A stretch of DNA of 64,000 nucleotides. Source: Macrostomum lignano (taxonomy: Eukaryota). Positions 57,681 to 64,000 of this stretch are shown piece after piece. The position numbers and the translations under genes are program-made. A model generated the notes under the pieces. The model searched no databases and had not been told where the DNA came from. It worked only from the letters and a program-made list of their open reading frames with translations. Numbering within the stretch: the stretch's first letter is position 1; every line of letters starts with the position of its first letter. The stretch spans positions 1-64,000 of the forward strand of contig NIVC01003262.1 in assembly GCA_002269645.1 (NCBI GenBank), written 5' to 3'.

Positions 57681-58628
57681 GCCACTATCGCTAATCAAGT
57701 AAGTCCGTTATCCTGTTTTCTGTCATTCGGTTGCCCTAGGTTAGCCATATCGGTACTGTCTAATCTGTACGCCAGCCAGTGCGTCCCGATGTCTCGCTGA
57801 AGGCGGCCGACACCACTGCGTCTCGCGGTGAAACAATCAGAAACATTCTGAAACAATCAGAAGGCTGCATGACGTTCTGACGCCCCAGACTTTTGGAGAT
57901 TGCTAGCACTTGCGCCCGAGCACAGGCTGGCAAGAACCAGAACCCGTACTGTAATAAATACTGTACACTTTAGGACCCACCGTACTGCCTAGGCCGTGGC
58001 TCCACGGATACAACATCCGATTCCGAATCGTGATGCTTTCTGTAAGGCAACTCAAACTGCTGAGCTACATTGTGAAGCGAACTCCACCGGTATTCCTTCA
58101 CATCGACGCTACAGACTCAATAATCAATCCAATTCAAAGTCCAGACAACTCATGCTATACAGTATCGTAAACACAGCAACCGACGCAACAAATCTAGTTC
58201 CAGTACTATCGCTTCTCCCTAACTCACATTCAGTGGCTTCCATTTCACATTCGCTAAAACTTTTTTCATCATGGATTGCTTAAAGTGAAATCGGATTCAC
58301 ATTGGCATTCATATGTTCCTAATGTTTTCGTTACTGACTTTTCATGGGCTAACATACATTCACGCTTGGGTTTTCCCCGTTGTTAAATAGTTGTTAAACA
58401 AACTGACGAAAAGATGGGGGAAGATTCAGCGACAGAAGAAGGCGACAACGGTGCATTGAAGAGTTCCCTATTTTATAAATATTTTAAACAACTGTTCGAT
58501 GGTACATCAGCTCGTGAAAGCTTCTGCTCTGAAGACAGCAAGCCATTCTGTTCTCCGTGTTAAGGAAGACATGCAAGACAGGCCATTTTTAAGAGCTAGG
58601 TATCTCAAAGACTCAGAGACTAATAATA

Positions 58629-58664
<36 letters not shown>

Positions 58665-59099
58665 GACGATTGCTTTAGTTATGGTGCCTTTAGTCTAGTA
58701 TGTCAGACTGACTGAAGGCACCACATGTCAGAAGTTTAATTTTGGTAGGGAGCTACAATATCAGCAAGCAAACAAAAATTTTCTGAGAAAGTGCGATAAT
58801 ACATGGGAATAGTAATCCGCAAAAACTTCGTGGATCCTAACCAAGCTTCGTGCTCTATTTGTCAAGCAGAAAGAGCCACATTAATTCAGACGGTGCAGCA
58901 ACAGTTGATTCGAAATCTGTGTTTCGAAAATCTTTAGTTCATAGTTACTTGTAAATTGCTGAAGAATCCACCCACTTTACTTTTACCTCTTGTACAGGTA
59001 ATACATGCTTTATACGTATATTTTTGTGTTACAAGATTACAAGATTACAATAATTTCATTTTTAGTATATGGATTTACAAATATCTATGCGAATATCGC

Positions 59100-59935
59100 T
59101 CGGGAAATCCCTGCATCGGTGACAGTCAATTCGATGTTCGATGCTTTTTGCCGGTCTAATGTCACACGTACTTAGTAAAACAAATGTTGAGACACGAGAA
59201 AATGTTGAAAAGACTCAACGTCGAAAGTACTAGTGAATTTATACTTTATACTCAAAGTCATTAAGTGTTCTTGAAATGGAAACAACCAATTGGACACTAT
59301 ATTTGGTTCATTATTTGCCTGAAGAATTGAGATTTTCGCAGATTCTAGCACAGTGACTGACTGCCGCTGATAGAATGGGGCTAAAAGTGTGCATCGTTGT
59401 CTGCGATCAGGAACCGACGCAATGGAACGCACTGAAGAAATTGGGAGCCAGAGCAGGGCAGCAGTCAGCTGTGACGGTAAAGCTGCACAATGAAACTGAA
59501 GTGAAGATACCAGTGCTGATAATGTCCCTCACTGCATTAAAAATACGCAAAACGCTCTGCGTGATTGAATTCGATTATGATGGTCTAACCAAGAATGGCA
59601 GGAAATTCTCCTAATTGCTGGACTCTAACTTACTAAGCCTGACCAACTCAGACTGGTGCCAAAGCTGCGGGATTGCCATTTGAATCAAACGTATCTAGGA
59701 GGAATCAAAAGCTGCTATTGGTTCTGAGCTGCGTCTGCACAGCCATAAGCATAAAGAAAAGTGACTATCATCTCTTTTGAATTCGTACACTCGCATGAAG
59801 CTTCACCACTGGTGCAAAGCTCAACAAGCATTAATACGAGCAGCCAAGAAGCGCAGAGCTTCCAAAAGAAGCACTGCTTAGGCAGATCAACGGAAGGTGC
59901 GAAGTCTGTTCCTAGGACGTCTAATGGTAAGGCTG
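59100..59935 (+). pseudogene. Degenerate P-element/THAP9-like transposase fragment
   Basis: KWKQPIGHY (59274), GLKVCIVVCDQ..NALKKLG (59375), DNVPHCIKN (59518) and LRLVPKL (59647) occur in the order seen in P-element transposases, in three frames. Confidence 0.7.
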
Positions 59936-60075
59936 CTTGGACGCTAACTGTTTTTATCTTCTTATTTATTAATTGTAGCAATGTCTTAATGTAGTTTAAT
60001 GTTGTGTTCGCTGCTCAATTTTAGTCATAACTTAATCTCCAGTTACTTTAATCTTGTTGTAAATAACACATGCTA

Positions 60076-60494
60076 TAGTATTTGTCATGCTATCTCAGCC
60101 TAGAGACATCCAAACTCAGCCAGTCCCATTCCGCAATGCGTTTTTTTGGCTCGAGCTAGTCGACTTTTACCATAGACATGCTTCTTAAGGCCATGCTAAC
60201 TCAGCCTGGGACATGCAATCTCAGCCAATATAGATTTCAATTGCAAACAGATCTCAATGCTATCATTTCTATAACGTGACATGAAATGGCAACAAACAGC
60301 AATGAATGAACGCAGCAAGAAAAGTCAGTAAGGGCACGCAACAACGCTGAGATTGCATGTCCCAGGCTGAGATAGCATGGCCTTGAGAGGCATGTCTATG
60401 GTAAAACTTGACTGGCTTACGTAAAAAATCGCACTGTCGAGATGGGCTGGCTGAGTTTGGATGTCTCTAGGCTGAGATAGCATGACAAATACTA
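60076..60494. mobile_element. MITE with ~150-bp TIRs and TA TSD
   Basis: TAGTATTTGTCATGCTATCTCAGCCTAGAGACATCCAAACTCAGCC... is mirrored at the right end; TA at 60074-75 and 60495-96. Confidence 0.8.
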
Positions 60495-60822
60495 TATTAG
60501 AATTGCAGCACTAAGTAGTGAAAATGGGCGATGTACATTACTTTCTATTCTTTACCTCAGGAGTAATATCTATGCCTTTTATTTTGACTAAAGCGAGTTA
60601 ATTCGGTATTCTGATGTGTTCTATGGTTTTGAGTCCTTCTGTGCCTCGTAGCTGTAGAGCTTTCGCAATATTCTTTCCACGCTGCTGCACTATCCTCAGA
60701 CTTTGTTACAAGTTTTCCATTTGCGTCCAAATGCTTCCATTTGTATTTGTGTGCTTGGATTTGACCACAGTTGCCCTTGTGAAACTTAGCTTCTTCAAGG
60801 TTTTATAGGCCTGTTACATGTT

Positions 60823-61110
60823 AACCATCGCCAGCTTCAATCCCGCCTCAAGTTGCGCCCCGCAACCATCGCCAGCTTCAATCCTGCCTCAAGTTGCGCC
60901 GCAACCATCGCCAGCTTCAATCCCGCCTCAAGTTGCGCCCCGCAACCATCGCCAGCTTCAATCCCGCCTCAAGTTGCGCCGCAACCATAGCCAGCTTCAA
61001 ACCCGCCTCAAGTTGTGCCGCAACCATAGCTAGCTTCAATCCCGCCTCAAGTTGCGCCGCAACCATAGCCAGCTTTAATCCCGCCTCAAGTTCCACCGCA
61101 CTCACCAGCT
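60823..61110. repeat. 36-39-bp minisatellite (CCGCAACCATCGCCAGCTTCAATCCCGCCTCAAGTTGCG), about 7 copies
   Basis: Direct inspection. Confidence 0.85.
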
Positions 61111-61809
61111 TTCATGCAACATCCAAATGTTCAACAAAGAAAAAATTGCGGCTTAAAATAGAAAAGGATGGAGACAAAGTAAGAAGAGAATACGGATACC
61201 TGACACATTTAGAAAAAAATTTGCAGCACTTTATAAGATGCGCTAAAAGCGGCTATTCCGTGACTTTGGAATTTCCCCCGCGTGCGAGCTTCAGCCAGTA
61301 AGAACTTAGGGGGGACTATTATTAGATTCCACCAGCCAATAAAATGCATGGGGGAATATCCTAATTTTTTGTAGGTTCTGGCCATAGACTCGCTTTCAGA
61401 TGAGCGATCCTTTCTATTCCTTTATCCATGATTTTGACTGAGAAAAAGGCTTGGAAACTTTGAGACAGTTTTTTGTTTATCTTGAGGCAGTCTATGCCTT
61501 GAAAAAATTGGCTACTGCTTCAGTTTTTTACCATAGATGTTGGTCAGACAAACGTATGTACGTCTTGGCACTGAGGAATTCAAAAGAACAGGAAAGCAGT
61601 TCTCGCTCTGTTCGTGTTGATAATATGAAGGACGAAGGATGATTGACAGCGACGCATAATCTTTGCTGGAAGAAGGCAGCTAGGCCACAAAAGTCTTTTG
61701 AAGAGGCGCTAGAGCGACCTGACCGGCGGAAAAAACTGTCTGCGACTGTCCAGGACCGACAGCGCCTGATTTCTGCTCACGACTCTATCCCCAACTGATT
61801 TACCAGCTG

Positions 61810-62110
61810 CATAAAGAGGACCAAATCATTCGAAATCATCCGGAGCGGCTTTAATATCTGGACCCGCCCCTCAATCGGAAGATTGGAGCAATGCATGCGA
61901 GCCTATCGAGTCGTTTCTGGCCAGAAGGGGCAACGCGTGACGGTGTGTCTAGCAGTGATCCTAAAACTGGGAGTTATGCACTACTAATGCTACGACAAGG
62001 GAATGACGAGAGAACGATTCAGTGAATATATTTTAATTGCCATCGGCAACTAATTGGCAGGTGCACCCGGATCAGCCTTGTAGCCTCGAGATTGATAACG
62101 TCAGCAGTAA
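61810..62110 (+). pseudogene. Tc1/IS630-like (DDE_3-type) transposase remnant
   Basis: From 61844: SGFNIWTRP...RAYRVVSGQKGQRVTVCLAV...GVMHY*..GMTRERFSEY resembles the DESGF...G.NVT...A region of IS630/Tc1-like transposases. Confidence 0.45.
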
Positions 62111-62769
62111 CAATGAGGCGGAAGATTATGTGCTACCTGGACTGGCTGAGATACTCATAAGGCGTCTATCTATGTGTTATTTAAAAATTACGAGTGTAAT
62201 ACGTCTTCGAAGCGTTGAATAATGAGCGTACAACAGTCGATAATCATTGGAGGTAGACAATGATTCGCCATGAGTGACTAAAATTAATCATTGTCTATGA
62301 TAAAACCATATGCACAAACACATTGTCTCATGAATGTATTTTTAGTAGCCTTAAATGATTCCGAAGCGTTGAATAATGAGCGTACAGCATGACACAATTA
62401 TTATTTTTCACGAGTGGCAAAGCAAAGTTAAATATTGACTATGACAAAACATATGCACAAGAACATTGCCTCATGAAAATATTTTTAGTAGCCTTAAAAA
62501 TTGATTTCGAAGCGTTGAAAAATGAGCATACATTATGGGAAAATGCTACGTCTTTACGACTTTTTTCTGAAGCAAACACAACCAAGAACAGACGTTCGAG
62601 GGGCACTGCAGAAGTTTTTAGCCATGAGTATATAGAAGTTCTGATTTACTCCATACTTCACACATAAAAATGCACATAAGCGAAGCATTTAACTCAATTT
62701 TCACAAAAATAGATTACATAGTCGCTCAGCTGCATTCAATTTCCCACCACACGTTGAGCATTTGCTCTA

Positions 62770-63415
62770 ATTGAACATGTAACTAAATCGCGAGCATTTA
62801 CAATCTACGATTGTAAATCTGGTTTAGGTCGTCAACAGTGCCATCAAAGACTGTAATCGGCTTTTTCAGACTCTGTTCCGTCTTTTGCAACCGTTACCAG
62901 CTTGTTCCACGAATTTCAGCACGGGCAGACAGACGGCCAACTGGTACAACATTGGAAACATTGCAGCTAAGCGCAACATTATTGAAGCTGATCGGCGAGT
63001 GACCTATCACGAGATAGAGGCGGCCCTGGGGATTCTGCGATCCAGCATATCCTGCACCATCCCATTAGCGTGCAAAAGCTGACGAGCCGTTTGGTGCCGC
63101 ACTTGCTCATAGCTGAACAGATACAGGCCAGGTCAGATTGGTGCAAGCAAATGATCAGAAAGTTCGAAAATGGCCTATCCAAGGCGGTTTCCGACATCCC
63201 CACGTGTGATAAGACGTAGATTTACTTCTATGAGCCGGAGCGAAAGTGTCAATCGGGTGTGTGGGCATTCACCGACGAGGCATCTTCAACCAAGGTTGTC
63301 CGAGGCAAGAGCACTGATAAGCTGATACTGGCTGTGTTCTTCAGGAGATGCGACCATGTCGCAAAGGTGAAGCTGCAGCAGCAGCGCACAATCACAGCTG
63401 CCTGGTACATAGCGC
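62770..63415 (+). pseudogene. Degenerate mariner, same family as 22873-24178
   Basis: DNA-level similarity: GAAGCTGATCGGCGAGTGAC, AAGCTGACGAGCCG, GAGCGAAAGTGTCAATCGGGTGTGTGGGC and ACCAAGGTTGTC match the 23 kb copy; many indels. Confidence 0.8.
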
Positions 63416-64000
63416 CGTTGCTTTTTTGTTTGGTTTGAGCGCATGAAAATTTGTGTGCAAGCGTGTATTTTGAGAAGCTGTGATAGTTTCTTAATAATAG
63501 CTTGTTCTCACTGGGCATTGCTATAACCTTCTGCAGTGCCCCTCGTAATAAGGTAGCAGTCAAAATTGATTGTAAACTGTTCAATATTGATGAGGAGTTG
63601 TCAAAAATGAAGCAGACTTCTTGGGTATTGAAACAGTTTGGGTAGTGTCAGTTTTGAAGAAACCTGTCAAAATAGAATCGGACCTTGCAGTCCAATTAGT
63701 CATGTGTGCGATGTGTGTTACTTTTGTTTAGCCGACGTGGACTTCCACTGTTGAGCGAACTATTCAGCCCTCAGTGCGGGTGCAGCCGTCATTGCAAATT
63801 TCCCTTAAGTGCACGCCACCCACTTCACTGTAAGTCTGAGCCAGCCGGTTTTGGCTAGCTGTGGACCCTAGCGCGTCCCCTTCGCTCGCCTTGCGATTAG
63901 CTGGCGGCCCAGTCAATCGTTTAGATACTATTTTCCTCCAATCGCGACCCCGTCGCGCTCTGTAATTTGCGAGACTTGTCATTTTGGCTAGCTGGGCCTG

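Noticed and set aside
62200-62540. ~150-bp imperfect repeat (GAAGCGTTGAATAATGAGCGTAC, three times)
   Set aside because: An ordinary degenerate local duplication with no further structure.
63764-63982. Short minus-strand ORF at the window edge
   Set aside because: No recognisable domain or supportable splice structure; it may belong to a gene outside the window.

Overview
Eukaryotic (metazoan) genomic DNA with spliceosomal GT-AG introns; there is no rRNA, true tRNA, CRISPR or operon. The style (GC-rich codons, poly-Ala/Gln runs, minisatellite-stuffed introns, divergent peptide-type GPCR) suggests a flatworm such as Macrostomum; this is inference only. Two host genes can be reconstructed: a two-exon orphan rhodopsin-class GPCR (+, 6412-8158) and a five-exon FYVE-containing myotubularin, MTMR3/4-like (-, 21485-10672). 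A spliceable exon encoding a psq/CENP-B-type HTH pair lies at 33213-33530. The rest is transposon- and satellite-derived: an RTE-like LINE, four mariner copies (one with intact TIRs and TA TSD), two hAT-type MITEs with 8-bp TSDs, a solo LTR with 4-bp TSD, tRNA-derived SINEs, a Mag-type Gypsy gag-pol with a second integrase core fused in frame, a large CMC/EnSpm (CACTA) transposase region with accessory ORFs, a PHD+endonuclease LINE fragment, P-element and Tc1/IS630-like remnants, and more than a dozen tandem arrays. The most unusual observations are a 76-bp tandem unit that reads as a 21-nt microexon plus a 55-nt GT-AG intron, the chimeric double integrase, a local cluster of TAGGCCTA palindromes, and intronic arrays that multiply splice-site-like or AP-1-like motifs.
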